The notes: generated from the sequence alone by a model not told the origin. Shown: positions 44,335 to 55,051, counted from the stretch's first letter. The stretch: DNA of 64,000 nucleotides from Caldisericota bacterium (GCA_029548865.1 JAKPMO010000002.1:160001-224000); one strand, 5' to 3'. Program-made: numbers and translations.

Positions 44335-45635
44335 ACATAATATATGCGCTTTTGATTCTTGATGTTCTTGTGATTGCCCATGAATTCGGCCACCTCTTTG
44401 CCGCCAGGTCAATTGGTGTGCCGGCGCTGAGTTTTTCAATCGGCATGGGCCCGGTCATTGCAAGAAAAAAATTCAAATACTTTGGTGATACAGAGTTCAG
44501 GATATCGCTTTTCCCTGTTGGCGGCTATGTCATGGTTTCCGGCGAAGCCGAAGACTCAGATGACCCAAACAGTCTCTATAGAAAAAGCCCCTGGCAGAGG
44601 GCATGGTTTTCTGTTTCAGGTGCCCTGACAAATTTTGTTTTTGCTTTTATTGTCTTTGTAGTTGTGGCGCTGGCTTTTGGTGATCCGGTATATCTTTTCA
44701 ATAGGATAGGCACAGTCGATCCAAACATGCCGGCCGCAAAGGCAGGCATTCAGTCTGGTGACTGGATACTTGAAATAGATGGCACACAAACCCCCACCTG
44801 GGATGCGGTTGTGGCCGAAATAAGGACAAGGCCAGACAAGGAAGTACCAGTTCTTGTTGGAAGGGAATCTGGCAAGGCCGAAGCAGAAGTTTCTCCAGAC
44901 ACATCAATATGGGTAACAGGTAGCCAGGTGGCCAAGCTTTCAGAGTTCAAATTCCCGGAAGAATATCCAAGCGATGATATTTTTATTGGAATAGAAGGCA
45001 AATATTTCAGGCTCAATTCAATTGAATTGGTTGGGAATGAAGAGGCAGGAAACTGGAACAAGACAAAAGAACTCCTGAAGGCGATCACTTCAACAAGCAA
45101 AATTACATTTGGATCGTCACTTGAAACCCAGACTGTCAAAGTAACCATCGCAGGTGTTGAAGAAGAGCAGGAAAACGGCTTGATCAAGGTTGGAAAGCTT
45201 GGGATAACAGCATCGCAGGGAGTCAAATACAAAAGATACAACATTGTTGAGGCGATATGGATTTCGCTGGAAAAATTCTGGCTTTTCCTCGTTGCGTTCT
45301 TCAACTTCTTTGTTGGCCTGTTTTCGGGCAAGGGCGTCGGCGACGTTGCCGGTCCTGTTGGCATCATAAAAATAACAGGCCAGATGGCCAGCATGGGCTG
45401 GGCCGTCATACTCGGTTTTGCCGCGATGTTGTCCATGAATCTTGGGTTCCTGAACCTTATTCCGTTCCCCGGGCTTGATGGTGCCAGGTTCCTGTTCTCT
45501 GTTGTCGAGGGTATCACTGGCAAGAAGTTGCCAAGGGCCGTTGAAAATGTCATCCATGCAGTCGGTTTTATAATATTGATAGGATTGATACTGCTTGTGA
45601 CTGCAAACGACCTGTTCGGGATATTCAGAAAATGA
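44319..45635 (+). CDS. rseP: RIP metalloprotease RseP (M50) with PDZ domain
   Basis: HEFGH, FSIGMGP, GGYV, GPVGI, NLIPFPGLDG. Confidence 0.93.
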   Translation: MSTILNIIYALLILDVLVIAHEFGHLFAARSIGVPALSFSIGMGPVIARKKFKYFGDTEFRISLFPVGGYVMVSGEAEDSDDPNSLYRKSPWQRAWFSVSGALTNFVFAFIVFVVVALAFGDPVYLFNRIGTVDPNMPAAKAGIQSGDWILEIDGTQTPTWDAVVAEIRTRPDKEVPVLVGRESGKAEAEVSPDTSIWVTGSQVAKLSEFKFPEEYPSDDIFIGIEGKYFRLNSIELVGNEEAGNWNKTKELLKAITSTSKITFGSSLETQTVKVTIAGVEEEQENGLIKVGKLGITASQGVKYKRYNIVEAIWISLEKFWLFLVAFFNFFVGLFSGKGVGDVAGPVGIIKITGQMASMGWAVILGFAAMLSMNLGFLNLIPFPGLDGARFLFSVVEGITGKKLPRAVENVIHAVGFIILIGLILLVTANDLFGIFRK

Positions 45636-46651
45636 GCAGGAGCGTCTTGGTTGGCAACGTCAGGATTGGTGGTGGTGCGCCCATTGCCGTCCAGACGATG
45701 ACAAAGACCGACACCAGGGACGCGAAGAAAACAATCGAACAGATATGGCGTGTATATGGGGCTGGCTGTGAAATAGTCAGGTGCGCCATTCCCGACATGG
45801 AAGCTGCAAAGGCCCTTGCCGAAATTGTAAAAGGAAGCCCCATCCCTGTTGTTGCAGACATCCATTTTGATTACAGACTGGCGCTTGCATCTCTTGAAGC
45901 CGGTTGCCACAAGCTCAGGCTCAACCCTGGCAATATAAAGGACAAAGAAAAAATAAGGCTTGTTGCAAGAGAAGCCAAGGCCAGAAATGTTCCCATAAGG
46001 GTCGGTGTCAATGCTGGATCAATCAAACACACGGACAATGTGTCCAATGAAGCGGTTCAAATTGCATTGGAGGAGGTAAAAATACTTGAAGATGAGGATT
46101 TTAGAGACATTGTTGTATCTGTAAAAACATCCGACATAAAAACGACCATTGAGGCAAACCGTCTTTTGAGAAAAGCATGTGACTACCCGATACACATAGG
46201 CTTGACCGAATCTGGCCCATTGATACAGGGCCTCGTGAGGTCAAGCGCCGCACTTTTGCCCCTGCTTGAAGAAGGCACGGGGGACACGATAAGGGTCTCG
46301 CTGACCGATGACCCGGAATCAGAAGTGGAAGCGGCGTGGTCAATGCTCGAGACTGTGGGTGTCAGGTCGTTTGGGCCAACAATAATATCCTGCCCCACCT
46401 GCGGAAGGACAAGGCAAAACCTGCGCGGGAAGCTGTCGGAGATCCGTATGGCACTAAAAGGGGTCAAAGGTAAAAAAATAGCTGTCATGGGCTGCGAGGT
46501 GAATGGGCCTGGTGAAGCCAAGGACGCTGATATGGGGATTGCCTTTGGAGCAACAAAATGTGTTGTTTTCAGAGGTGGCAACATGATTGGAACTTTTGAC
46601 ACCGACGAGGCCGTAAGGATATTGATAGAAATGGCCAAGGAGGATAATTGA
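45632..46651 (+). CDS. ispG: HMBPP synthase
   Basis: VQTMT.TDT, ADIHF, RLNPGN, CPTCGR, MGCEVNGPGEA. Confidence 0.96.
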   Translation: MSRSVLVGNVRIGGGAPIAVQTMTKTDTRDAKKTIEQIWRVYGAGCEIVRCAIPDMEAAKALAEIVKGSPIPVVADIHFDYRLALASLEAGCHKLRLNPGNIKDKEKIRLVAREAKARNVPIRVGVNAGSIKHTDNVSNEAVQIALEEVKILEDEDFRDIVVSVKTSDIKTTIEANRLLRKACDYPIHIGLTESGPLIQGLVRSSAALLPLLEEGTGDTIRVSLTDDPESEVEAAWSMLETVGVRSFGPTIISCPTCGRTRQNLRGKLSEIRMALKGVKGKKIAVMGCEVNGPGEAKDADMGIAFGATKCVVFRGGNMIGTFDTDEAVRILIEMAKEDN

Positions 46652-47736
46652 GTAAGGTTTTTATAGTGGGCCTCAGAATGAAAGAAGACGATCAGCACGA
46701 GGCTCTTGAATCATTTAGCGAACTGATGCAACTTGCCAGGACGCTGGACATGGAAATAGTTGGAAAAGGTTTTCAGGTAATCAGGGAACCCACCCATTCG
46801 CACCTTCTGGGCAAGGGCAAAGTTGAAGAACTGGCGCAGGAAATAGCGTCTCTAGACCCAGAGAGAGTCCTTGTTGATTTTGAGCTCTCGCCACTCCAGT
46901 GCAGGAACCTGGAAGAGTCATGGGGAAGGCCGGTCCTCGACAGGCATGGCCTGATAATTGAGGTGTTTTCAAAGCACGCCACCACATCTGAAGGAAAACT
47001 TCAGGTGGAACTTGCACTCCTTAAATATAAACTCCCAAGGTTGTCTGGCAGAAATCTTGCCTATGACCAGCAAACGGGTGGTGGAGGTTCTGCATACCTT
47101 AGGGGTTCTGGTGAAAGGGCAATAGATATTGCAAGAAGGCAGATCCGCTCCAGAATCAGGGTGCTCGAGAAGAAGATAGAACTGGTGGCCAGACATAGGG
47201 AAATAAAGTCCAAAAGACGCGAAAAGAGTGATGTTCCGCTAGTTTCACTTGTTGGATACACCAATGCTGGCAAGTCAACACTCCTGAACAGTCTTACAGG
47301 GGCGAATGTCCTCACACAGAACAAACTCTTTTCAACGCTTGACACAACTGTCAGGGCGAGAATTCATGATGGGCAAAAAATACTGTTCGCAGATACCGTT
47401 GGTTTTATAAGAAACCTCCCTGTCGATCTCGTTGCAGCATTCAGGTCAACACTTGAAGAGGTGCTGTCTTCAGATGTCATACTGCATGTGTTTGATGCCA
47501 CAAACCCTGATTGGGAACGTCACATTGAAGTAGCACAAGGCATCCTCGATGATCTTGGAGCAAGCAACATCCCAATGCTGTATGTTGCCAACAAGAGCGA
47601 CCTTGTATCCGAAGAAAAACAAAAAGAAATATCAAGTCATCTTGATGACGTGGTTTTTGTTTCGGCCCTTGAAAGAAGGGGGCTTGATATACTTCTGGGC
47701 AAATTATCACAAAACCTTTTTGCCCTCAAAGTTTAG
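46648..47736 (+). CDS. hflX: GTPase HflX
   Basis: EGKLQVELA, GYTNAGKST, LFSTLD, DTVGFI, NKSD. Confidence 0.95.
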   Translation: MSKVFIVGLRMKEDDQHEALESFSELMQLARTLDMEIVGKGFQVIREPTHSHLLGKGKVEELAQEIASLDPERVLVDFELSPLQCRNLEESWGRPVLDRHGLIIEVFSKHATTSEGKLQVELALLKYKLPRLSGRNLAYDQQTGGGGSAYLRGSGERAIDIARRQIRSRIRVLEKKIELVARHREIKSKRREKSDVPLVSLVGYTNAGKSTLLNSLTGANVLTQNKLFSTLDTTVRARIHDGQKILFADTVGFIRNLPVDLVAAFRSTLEEVLSSDVILHVFDATNPDWERHIEVAQGILDDLGASNIPMLYVANKSDLVSEEKQKEISSHLDDVVFVSALERRGLDILLGKLSQNLFALKV

Positions 47737-47788
47737 CCAGAACAAAATCCATGCGTTGTAAAATAATGACCCGAAAAGGAGTGGTTAG

Positions 47789-50700
47789 ATGAAAAAATAT
47801 TTGACTTTGACACTAGCATTACTGATGGTTCTCGTATCGTTTGGTAATGTTGGTTTTGCCTTGCAGAAATCCGATCCGGTCCATCAGTCAAGGATGGCCT
47901 ATGTTTCACCGGGCATCATCGCACAGATGGACGAAGGATCAATCGATGATCCAATAGATGCCATGGTGTGGACATCAACACCGATAGACAAATCATTGGA
48001 GAGGATGGGCCAGAATGAAGGCCTCCTGAGATTTGAACCATTCAAGTTCATGTCCTGCTATTATGTCAGCGCGACCAGCCAGGCCCTAAAAACCATCGCA
48101 TCCATGCCTGAAACGCTGAGGGTCCAGGAGAATTATTCTATAAAAGCACCAGATACCAAGATGGCTGACACAAAGAATACAAAAGTCAATTGGGGCCTCG
48201 ACGACCTAAAGGTTAGGGATCTCTGGAAGCAGGGCATCAGGGGCCAGGGTGTCAAGGTTGGTTTGCTTGATACTGGTGTTGATGCAAAGCACCCAGAGTT
48301 GGCAGGCAAGGTCACAAAGTTCGCAACGTTTGACACGTCTGGCAAGGTTATACCAGATATGACCGAACCTTTTGACAATGTTGGTCATGGTACCCATTGT
48401 GCTGGAATAATCGCTGGTGGGAAGAGTGGCCAGGACGGCGTTGGCGTTGCCCCTGACTGCGAACTCATAGTTGGTTCGGTAATCCCTGGCGGGAACGGAA
48501 CACTTGCGCAGGTTATTGGCGGCATGGAATGGATCCTTGATCCGGACGGAGATCCAAACACCGATGATGCCCCAAGGGTGGTTTCAATGTCCCTCGGCGG
48601 TTCGATTCCAGATGAAGACATGGTTGCTGCTACGGATGCATTTGAGAGAAAGGGTGTTCTCCTTATCGCCTCCATTGGCAACAGTGGAGATGGTTCAACT
48701 GGCTCACCAGGCAATATACCATCGGTCACATCTGTTGGTGCCTATGACAAAAATCGTCAGCCAGCAAGTTTCTCAAGCGGCAACAAGATCGACTGGGAAA
48801 TAGAGCCATACCATGAATCGGTAATAAAACCAGATGTTTCTGCACCTGGTGTGTCAATATACTCAACCTTCCCAAAAGGCAAGTATGCAATAGCAAGCGG
48901 AACATCAATGGCCACCCCCCATGTGGCTGGCGTTTGTGCATTGCTCATGTCAACCGACAAGTCTTATTCGGCAATTGACTTGAGAATGGCAATCAAGGCA
49001 ACAGCCGATGATCTGGGCTCAAAAGGATGGGACACCAGATATGGTATTGGCGCAATCAATCCAAAGGCCGCACTGGATTATCTCAAGAAAACCGGGAAGG
49101 TGCAGGTTGACATCAACCTTCCGGACAAAAAAGTGGCAAACCTTGTAATCGGCGACAATCATTACAGAGTGGACAAGAGCTTCGCACTACACCTTCCACC
49201 TGGAAAAACAAACATAGAACTGAGTTCTTTTGGGTTTAAAAAGCTCGCCCAGGAAGTCAATGTTATTGCAGGAAAATCATCTTCCATAAGCTATGAAATG
49301 TCTGAGCTGCCAAAAACTTCTTTCAAAGCAACGATGTATGGTGCAGATGGAAATCCTGCAAACGTCGGGCAGATGAGGATTACTGGAACTAACTTCAGCG
49401 CTGATAGCGATGAAAATGGAAATTTTGACGCAGAGATTCCAACGGACGAATATGACGTTGAATTCTGGTCTATTGGCTATGTGCCAAAAACCATGAAGAT
49501 TGACTTCTCAAAAGACCTGCCAAAGAAAATACAGCTTGAAAAGGCAGACGTGCTCGTTGTTGCCTTGCAATACACCACCCCAAGCCAGTATTACAGCAGA
49601 AGGTTTGACAAATACTGTTTCAGGGCCTTTGATGAGATGGGGATAAAGTATTGCCCGGTCAATCCATACAAGTTTGATCTTACAAGCGATCAAATGAAGA
49701 TGTTTGACAGGGTGTACTGGTTTGCCGGCGAGAATGGTCTTTATTCCGAAGACGTAGAAATCCTTGAGGACTACCTTAAGGAAGGTGGGAAACTTCTTAT
49801 TTCGGGCTCCAATCTTCTCTACTTTGAAAGCTACAGAAGGGACAACTCGTTCTTCACGGACAACTATGGCGTTATCCTGAAAAATTCACCAACACCACTT
49901 ACAACAATGATGGGTGTGAAGGACGACGACATAGGCGATGGCCTTGTCTTCTCGTTTAGCGGTGGTGATGGTGCGTCCAACCAGCTTGGCGCGGATGGGT
50001 TTGTTGTCAACAAGGGGAACGGCAAGCCATTCATGTACTATCTTGGTCCAAAGGAAACTTCCCCTGCAGATCTCGGCTATACTGGCCTAAAGCTCCAAAC
50101 CCAGAACTTCCTCTCGATCTTCCTTGCGTTTGGCTTTGAGGGAATCAATAGCAAAGAAGCCAGGCAGATGCTGCTCTCCAGGGTTGAAAAGTGGTTCACC
50201 AGTTTTGGTGGCGTCGATATTACTTTCGAGGACGAGAAGGGCAATCCTGTTTATGCAAAAGCAAAGATAGACGGCATTGGTGATGTTGAAACAAACGATG
50301 AAGGTCACCTGATTCTCTCATATCTACCACAGGGCAAAATTTCCTTGAAAGTTGTCCCGTTTGGCTTTGCGGAGCAGAGCTTCACAGCCACTGTCACGCC
50401 AGGAAAAACGACCAGGATAAGTCTTGGCCTGTCAAACCCAACTTCAGTAAAGATCTCCGGAAAGGTTGTTGACTCAGCAACCGGAACACCGATGAAATGC
50501 GATTTCAAGATCATAGGTTTTGAAACAAAGCAGTATTCAACGGACGATGCCGGAAACTTCTCATTGACCCTTCCAAAATACAAGTATTCGCTCAAGATCT
50601 TCAAAAAGGGCTATATGAATTACTGGATGGATATCCTTGAAAATGCCGAAGATCTCAAAGTCAAAATGGAGAAGCCGAAGAGGGTTGTTGCGCTGTTCCA

Positions 50701-51322
50701 GCAGATAGCTCCAAGCTGGGACACGAGGAGTTTTGCAGGGATTGCCCAGATATACGAGAGGGTTGCAAGAGGTTCTGGCACTGATTTCGACAACATTATA
50801 GTACCTCCCGGCAATGTAGTGGACTATGAAGACATGCAGCAGTTTAGCAAGATAATCTGGTACTGTGGCTTCAACGACGAAATAGGGGCCTCATGGTGGC
50901 TGGACAACCTTGCAAGATACGTCAATGATGGTGGTTCAATAGCCATCATAGGCCAGAATGTGCCGCAGGCAATCAGCTCAAGGCCCGAGCTTGCAAAAAC
51001 ATTCGGGTTTGAGTTGCTCGAATCCAATACCAGCATCTATGCTGTCAAAGGTGTGAAGGGAGACCCGATTGGTGATGATTTGATATTCTCGCTCTATCAC
51101 CCATTCCTTAGAATGGGACTTCTTTCGGTTGCACCATCGATGAAGCCTGTTGGTTCTGGAGTGTCCTGTTTTGATTATCTTGGCGGAGCATCGGCAGGAG
51201 TGAGGGTTGGAACCGACAAACAAAAAACGCTTGTGCTCCCATTCGGTTTTGAGAACATGTATGCAGACACCAAGGAAAGTCAGGATCTTTTCAAGAGGAT
51301 AGTGAGCTACCTGGGGAAGTAA
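47789..51322 (+). CDS. Secreted S8 subtilase with carboxypeptidase-regulatory-like beta domains and two repeated alpha/beta domains
   Basis: Signal peptide and catalytic triad LDTGVD / HGTHCAG / GTSMATPHV. Confidence 0.9.
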   Translation: MKKYLTLTLALLMVLVSFGNVGFALQKSDPVHQSRMAYVSPGIIAQMDEGSIDDPIDAMVWTSTPIDKSLERMGQNEGLLRFEPFKFMSCYYVSATSQALKTIASMPETLRVQENYSIKAPDTKMADTKNTKVNWGLDDLKVRDLWKQGIRGQGVKVGLLDTGVDAKHPELAGKVTKFATFDTSGKVIPDMTEPFDNVGHGTHCAGIIAGGKSGQDGVGVAPDCELIVGSVIPGGNGTLAQVIGGMEWILDPDGDPNTDDAPRVVSMSLGGSIPDEDMVAATDAFERKGVLLIASIGNSGDGSTGSPGNIPSVTSVGAYDKNRQPASFSSGNKIDWEIEPYHESVIKPDVSAPGVSIYSTFPKGKYAIASGTSMATPHVAGVCALLMSTDKSYSAIDLRMAIKATADDLGSKGWDTRYGIGAINPKAALDYLKKTGKVQVDINLPDKKVANLVIGDNHYRVDKSFALHLPPGKTNIELSSFGFKKLAQEVNVIAGKSSSISYEMSELPKTSFKATMYGADGNPANVGQMRITGTNFSADSDENGNFDAEIPTDEYDVEFWSIGYVPKTMKIDFSKDLPKKIQLEKADVLVVALQYTTPSQYYSRRFDKYCFRAFDEMGIKYCPVNPYKFDLTSDQMKMFDRVYWFAGENGLYSEDVEILEDYLKEGGKLLISGSNLLYFESYRRDNSFFTDNYGVILKNSPTPLTTMMGVKDDDIGDGLVFSFSGGDGASNQLGADGFVVNKGNGKPFMYYLGPKETSPADLGYTGLKLQTQNFLSIFLAFGFEGINSKEARQMLLSRVEKWFTSFGGVDITFEDEKGNPVYAKAKIDGIGDVETNDEGHLILSYLPQGKISLKVVPFGFAEQSFTATVTPGKTTRISLGLSNPTSVKISGKVVDSATGTPMKCDFKIIGFETKQYSTDDAGNFSLTLPKYKYSLKIFKKGYMNYWMDILENAEDLKVKMEKPKRVVALFQQIAPSWDTRSFAGIAQIYERVARGSGTDFDNIIVPPGNVVDYEDMQQFSKIIWYCGFNDEIGASWWLDNLARYVNDGGSIAIIGQNVPQAISSRPELAKTFGFELLESNTSIYAVKGVKGDPIGDDLIFSLYHPFLRMGLLSVAPSMKPVGSGVSCFDYLGGASAGVRVGTDKQKTLVLPFGFENMYADTKESQDLFKRIVSYLGK

Positions 51323-51349
51323 AATAGTCTAAAAGCGACAAAAAACCGT

Positions 51350-51393
51350 TTGACAATGTCATATCACACAATAAAATGTGTGATATGACATTG
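51350..51393 (+). promoter_or_regulatory. Promoter embedded in a perfect 17-bp inverted repeat (putative XRE operator)
   Basis: TTGACA-N16-TAAAAT. Arms CAATGTCATATCACACA (51354-51370) and TGTGTGATATGACATTG (51377-51393). Confidence 0.75.
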
Positions 51394-51729
51394 GGAGTGA
51401 TTATAAAGACAGCGTTAGTCCGCAAAGGTAAAACACAGGCCTGGCTTGCATCAAAGCTGGGCCTTTCTTCTATGAGTGTTTACCGGATATGCAATGATCT
51501 GGTCAAGCCGAGACAGGACGTTCTTCTGGGGATGGCTGAAAACCTTGATCTTCCATCTGAGTTTCTCATAAAAACATGCATTCAGACACAGTATAAAACA
51601 TCAGAGGGGTTTGACCTTTCCAGAACAAAAAAGGTCCTCGAGCAACTTGCGCTCGAGGACCCCACGTTAAGCGCTGACAAGAAAGAGGCGCTATTTAAGG
51701 CCGCAATGGTTTTGTCTGAGATAGACTAG
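51385..51729 (+). CDS. XRE family HTH regulator
   Basis: MTLG..IK..KGKTQAWLASKLGLS..VYRI....KP. Confidence 0.8.
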   Translation: MTLGVIIKTALVRKGKTQAWLASKLGLSSMSVYRICNDLVKPRQDVLLGMAENLDLPSEFLIKTCIQTQYKTSEGFDLSRTKKVLEQLALEDPTLSADKKEALFKAAMVLSEID

Positions 51730-53207
51730 ATCACTTTCTGGATATCTGGATCAAGGGAGAGGAACTGGTCGAGCCAGGCCCTGCGCTCTTTTCTGAGAGA
51801 GTCATTCTTTGCTTTCAGCTCTTCAGGCGTGAAATAGTTTCTTGGGTCAAGCCTGTTTATGTCAACACCTTCACACTCTGAGAGGACTTCATACCCCCAA
51901 TAATCGTCCTTGCGCCACTTTACAGCGCCCCTTGCGATCTGTTTGAGAATTCCAACCGAGTCTGATATTCTGATCTTCTCTTTGTTGCCAATCTTGCCAG
52001 TGTTGAGGAGGAAGCATTGCATGTGTGGATTTTTTTTGAGAAGGTCCATGATATAGTTGCCTTCATCATCGAGTGGTCCGACAATAAATGGGTTTGTTCC
52101 CACTTCGCGCTTTGACTGGCCAGCTTTTGTTGGGTCTCCGGCTGATGTTTCGATTGACTCACCAAGCATGAAGAAGGCAGCTGCCTGCTCTGGAGACAGT
52201 TTTGCCACCGGCGGGACAATGTCGTCCCTGCGAGTGATGAAAACCACCATGTCGGTTTTTGGGATATCGATGCTGTTATCGGTGAATTTTATGTCAGAGC
52301 GCTGCACGACTGCTCTTCCATTTGTCCCTACATCGTAGTTGAGGAAATCGACTTTGCCGTTTTCTTCAACATGGATGTTCTCCAGGACAGCAGTTCTTGC
52401 CACGGCCGCGTTGTAAAGGACGGGCTGGCCAACCGGCTCAAGACCCTCTGTTTTGATGTAGAAGTTCTTTTCCGTTCCAACACACTTTGTGTCTGGATAA
52501 ATAATTACGACGTCATCCTGACGAATTGCCACACCCTCTTCGCCCTCAAGGAAATGGTGATGGCAGGTGAGGGTTGTCTTGCCTGTTCCAGAAAGACCAA
52601 ACAGGATTATTCCCTTTTCGACGAGCTTTCCGTTGACGTCCTTGACCTTGATCATCTTTGAACCTGCATGAAGACCGAGTCCGCCATCCTGCTTGCCGCG
52701 ATACATTGTCATCCTGAGGAATGATTTTTTGACCTCTCCAAAATAGTCCGTCCCCAGAACATAAGTCACACCATCGAGCGCATTTACTATGACCTTTCTT
52801 TCCGGCCATTCCGGGACATCAACTGTTGTGAGGAAAGGACGATCGAGTTTTGTTGGCGGGAAGAGCAGGTTCTGCCACATATAAGGAACTCTGGCGTATG
52901 GTTTTGTGATGTAGAGCCTGCAGGGAATCTGGTGGCCCGGTGTCTGGCACATCGTTCGCTCGGTATAGATGACTTCTTTGTCTTTCAGATACTCTCTTAC
53001 CTTCAAAATAGTCTCTACCTGTGATTTGGTTGGCTCAATTCCAACTATTTCTGTGAATTTTGCCGACCTATTCCTGATTTTTGTAACATAGGAAGCGGAA
53101 CCAAATTCAGTGGTTCTCTCATCTTTCCTGGCCATTTCCCTCAGCTCGTCCGGACCCAGTCCGGCAATTAGACGCCCCACTTGAAGGGGTTTAGTAAAAA
53201 TGTCCAT
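51726..53207 (-). CDS. pckA: Phosphoenolpyruvate carboxykinase (ATP)
   Basis: YFGEVKK, GLHAG, FGLSGTGKTTL, QDD, NGRA. Confidence 0.88.
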   Translation of the reverse strand: MDIFTKPLQVGRLIAGLGPDELREMARKDERTTEFGSASYVTKIRNRSAKFTEIVGIEPTKSQVETILKVREYLKDKEVIYTERTMCQTPGHQIPCRLYITKPYARVPYMWQNLLFPPTKLDRPFLTTVDVPEWPERKVIVNALDGVTYVLGTDYFGEVKKSFLRMTMYRGKQDGGLGLHAGSKMIKVKDVNGKLVEKGIILFGLSGTGKTTLTCHHHFLEGEEGVAIRQDDVVIIYPDTKCVGTEKNFYIKTEGLEPVGQPVLYNAAVARTAVLENIHVEENGKVDFLNYDVGTNGRAVVQRSDIKFTDNSIDIPKTDMVVFITRRDDIVPPVAKLSPEQAAAFFMLGESIETSAGDPTKAGQSKREVGTNPFIVGPLDDEGNYIMDLLKKNPHMQCFLLNTGKIGNKEKIRISDSVGILKQIARGAVKWRKDDYWGYEVLSECEGVDINRLDPRNYFTPEELKAKNDSLRKERRAWLDQFLSLDPDIQKVI

Positions 53208-53221
53208 CGTTCCTCCTAAAT

Positions 53222-53617
53222 CTATTTTTTGTCTTTCACAACAGAATTGATGAATTCAACTACTTTTGAGGTTGGCGTTCCAGGGCCAAAAACTGCCGAA
53301 ACACCAATTTTCTTTAGTTCCTCAGCATCGTCGGCTGGTATGATTCCGCCCACGAAAAGCGGTTTCCCCCAGATGCCGTTTTCTTTCATCTTTTCAATGA
53401 TTCTTGGCACAATGGACATGTGCGCACCAGAAAGGATTGATACACCTATGACATCAACATCTTCCTGTATTGCTGCCCTTATGATCATTTCAGGTGTCTG
53501 GTGAAGGCCGGTGTAAACAACCTCCATCCCAGCATTGCGAAGAGCTTGGGCGATTACCTTGGCGCCCCTGTCGTGGCCGTCGAGACCAGGTTTAGCAATT
53601 ATGACCTTTATTGCCAT
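53222..53617 (-). CDS. Acyl-CoA (methylmalonyl-CoA) mutase cobalamin-binding small subunit
   Basis: [27 protein letters not shown]. Confidence 0.93.
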   Translation of the reverse strand: MAIKVIIAKPGLDGHDRGAKVIAQALRNAGMEVVYTGLHQTPEMIIRAAIQEDVDVIGVSILSGAHMSIVPRIIEKMKENGIWGKPLFVGGIIPADDAEELKKIGVSAVFGPGTPTSKVVEFINSVVKDKK

Positions 53618-54540
53618 GGTTCCTCCATTTTATTTTTCCACAAAGTTTTGGCAACAGTCCACGGTGGGATATCCTCGCCGAAAGACTTTTGGATATATTT
53701 TTTTCTTTCCGGCTCAAGCGCTTTGTCAAAAACAAAACTTCCAAGCCAGAAATCTATTTCTGAAAAATACCTTTCTATACATTTTTTGCTTCTCTCATCG
53801 TTTTTTATCAAATGCTCCATGTGTTTTTTTATTTGCGTATAGAGTTCTGATATACCGATGCTTTCTTTGGCTATGGTTTTAACTATTGGAGGTGCCCAAT
53901 CTCTTGATGACAAGCCAAGTCCAAATGTCAGATCGGCTTCCATGACATCGCCACCAGGCCGATCTGTTTTGTTGATGCAAAAGATGTCTGCGCCCTCAAG
54001 GAGCCCAGCCTTCATCATCTGTATGGAATCGCCTGACTCTGGCGTTATTATCACGACAACCGTGTCGGTTTTTGAGACAACATCAACTTCTGTTTGGCCA
54101 ACGCCAACAGTTTCTATGAGGATCACGGGATAGCCGCAGAAATCCAGGAAGTCAGCAACGATGGAGGTTGTTGGTGCCAATCCACCAAAATTTCCCCTGG
54201 TTGCCATTGATCTGATGAATACGCCAGGATCAGTGAAATGGTCAACCATCCTTGTCCTGTCTCCAAGGAGCGCGCCATGGGTGTAGGGAGAGCTTGGATC
54301 ACAAGCAACAACGGCACACTTTGAGCCAGCCCTTCTGACCTCCGTGATGAGTTTTGAAACCACCGTGCTCTTGCCTGCCCCTGGTGGCCCCGTAATGCCG
54401 ATTCTGTGGGCATTGCCAATGCAATGGTAGGAATCACCAAAAATAATCTCGGGGTTTTTGCCGTTTTCCAGGTATGTTATTATTTCAGCTTGGGCCTGAT
54501 GATTGCCAGCTTTTGCCCTTTCAACAGTTTCAGTATTCAA
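53608..54540 (-). CDS. meaB: Mutase-associated GTPase chaperone MeaB/ArgK
   Basis: [40 protein letters not shown] start at 54540 (alternative 54558). Confidence 0.92.
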   Translation of the reverse strand: MNTETVERAKAGNHQAQAEIITYLENGKNPEIIFGDSYHCIGNAHRIGITGPPGAGKSTVVSKLITEVRRAGSKCAVVACDPSSPYTHGALLGDRTRMVDHFTDPGVFIRSMATRGNFGGLAPTTSIVADFLDFCGYPVILIETVGVGQTEVDVVSKTDTVVVIITPESGDSIQMMKAGLLEGADIFCINKTDRPGGDVMEADLTFGLGLSSRDWAPPIVKTIAKESIGISELYTQIKKHMEHLIKNDERSKKCIERYFSEIDFWLGSFVFDKALEPERKKYIQKSFGEDIPPWTVAKTLWKNKMEEPWQ

Positions 54541-55051
54541 TGCCTTCCCTCGCCTCAAGATTTTGTGTTTTGAAATAATGTTTTATTTCTTTCATTTCAG
54601 TAACAAGGTCTGCCATTTCAATGATTTCCGGATGGGCGTATCTTCCAGTCAAGACCATCTCGGTCCCAGGGTATTTATCAAGCAACATTTTTTTGGTTTC
54701 TTCAAGGCTTATCAGGCCAAAATATATGGCTACGTTTATTTCATCGGCAACTATGATGTCCCATTCTCCAGAAGCAGTTGCTTTTTTCAGAAAGGAAAGC
54801 CCTTCCTTTGCGAGCCCGATATCTATAGGATCAGGATTTTTGGGATCAACAAATGATGGCCTTCCAAATTGCAGGACCGTGATGCCCAGCACTCGCGAAG
54901 ATTCAAGCTCACCGTAATCCTCTGATCCTTTCATGAACTGGACAAACAAGACACTTTTTTTGTGCCCTCTTGCCCTCATCGCCAGCCCGAAGGCACATGT
55001 TGTCTTGCCTTTGCCACAGCCGGTGTAAACTTGAATTTTTCCAAGGCTCAT
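54530..55051 (-). CDS. cobO: Cob(I)alamin adenosyltransferase CobO/BtuR
   Basis: IQVYTG.GKGKTT.AFG, QFMKG, DEIN, LTGR, ADLVTEM..KHY..GIEY. Confidence 0.92.
   Translation of the reverse strand: MSLGKIQVYTGCGKGKTTCAFGLAMRARGHKKSVLFVQFMKGSEDYGELESSRVLGITVLQFGRPSFVDPKNPDPIDIGLAKEGLSFLKKATASGEWDIIVADEINVAIYFGLISLEETKKMLLDKYPGTEMVLTGRYAHPEIIEMADLVTEMKEIKHYFKTQNLEAREGIEY

Noticed and set aside
44750..45910. 386-aa minus-strand ORF and the many similar antisense ORFs
   Set aside because: They lie fully opposite well-conserved genes (rseP/ispG etc.), have no motifs, and show shadow-like composition.
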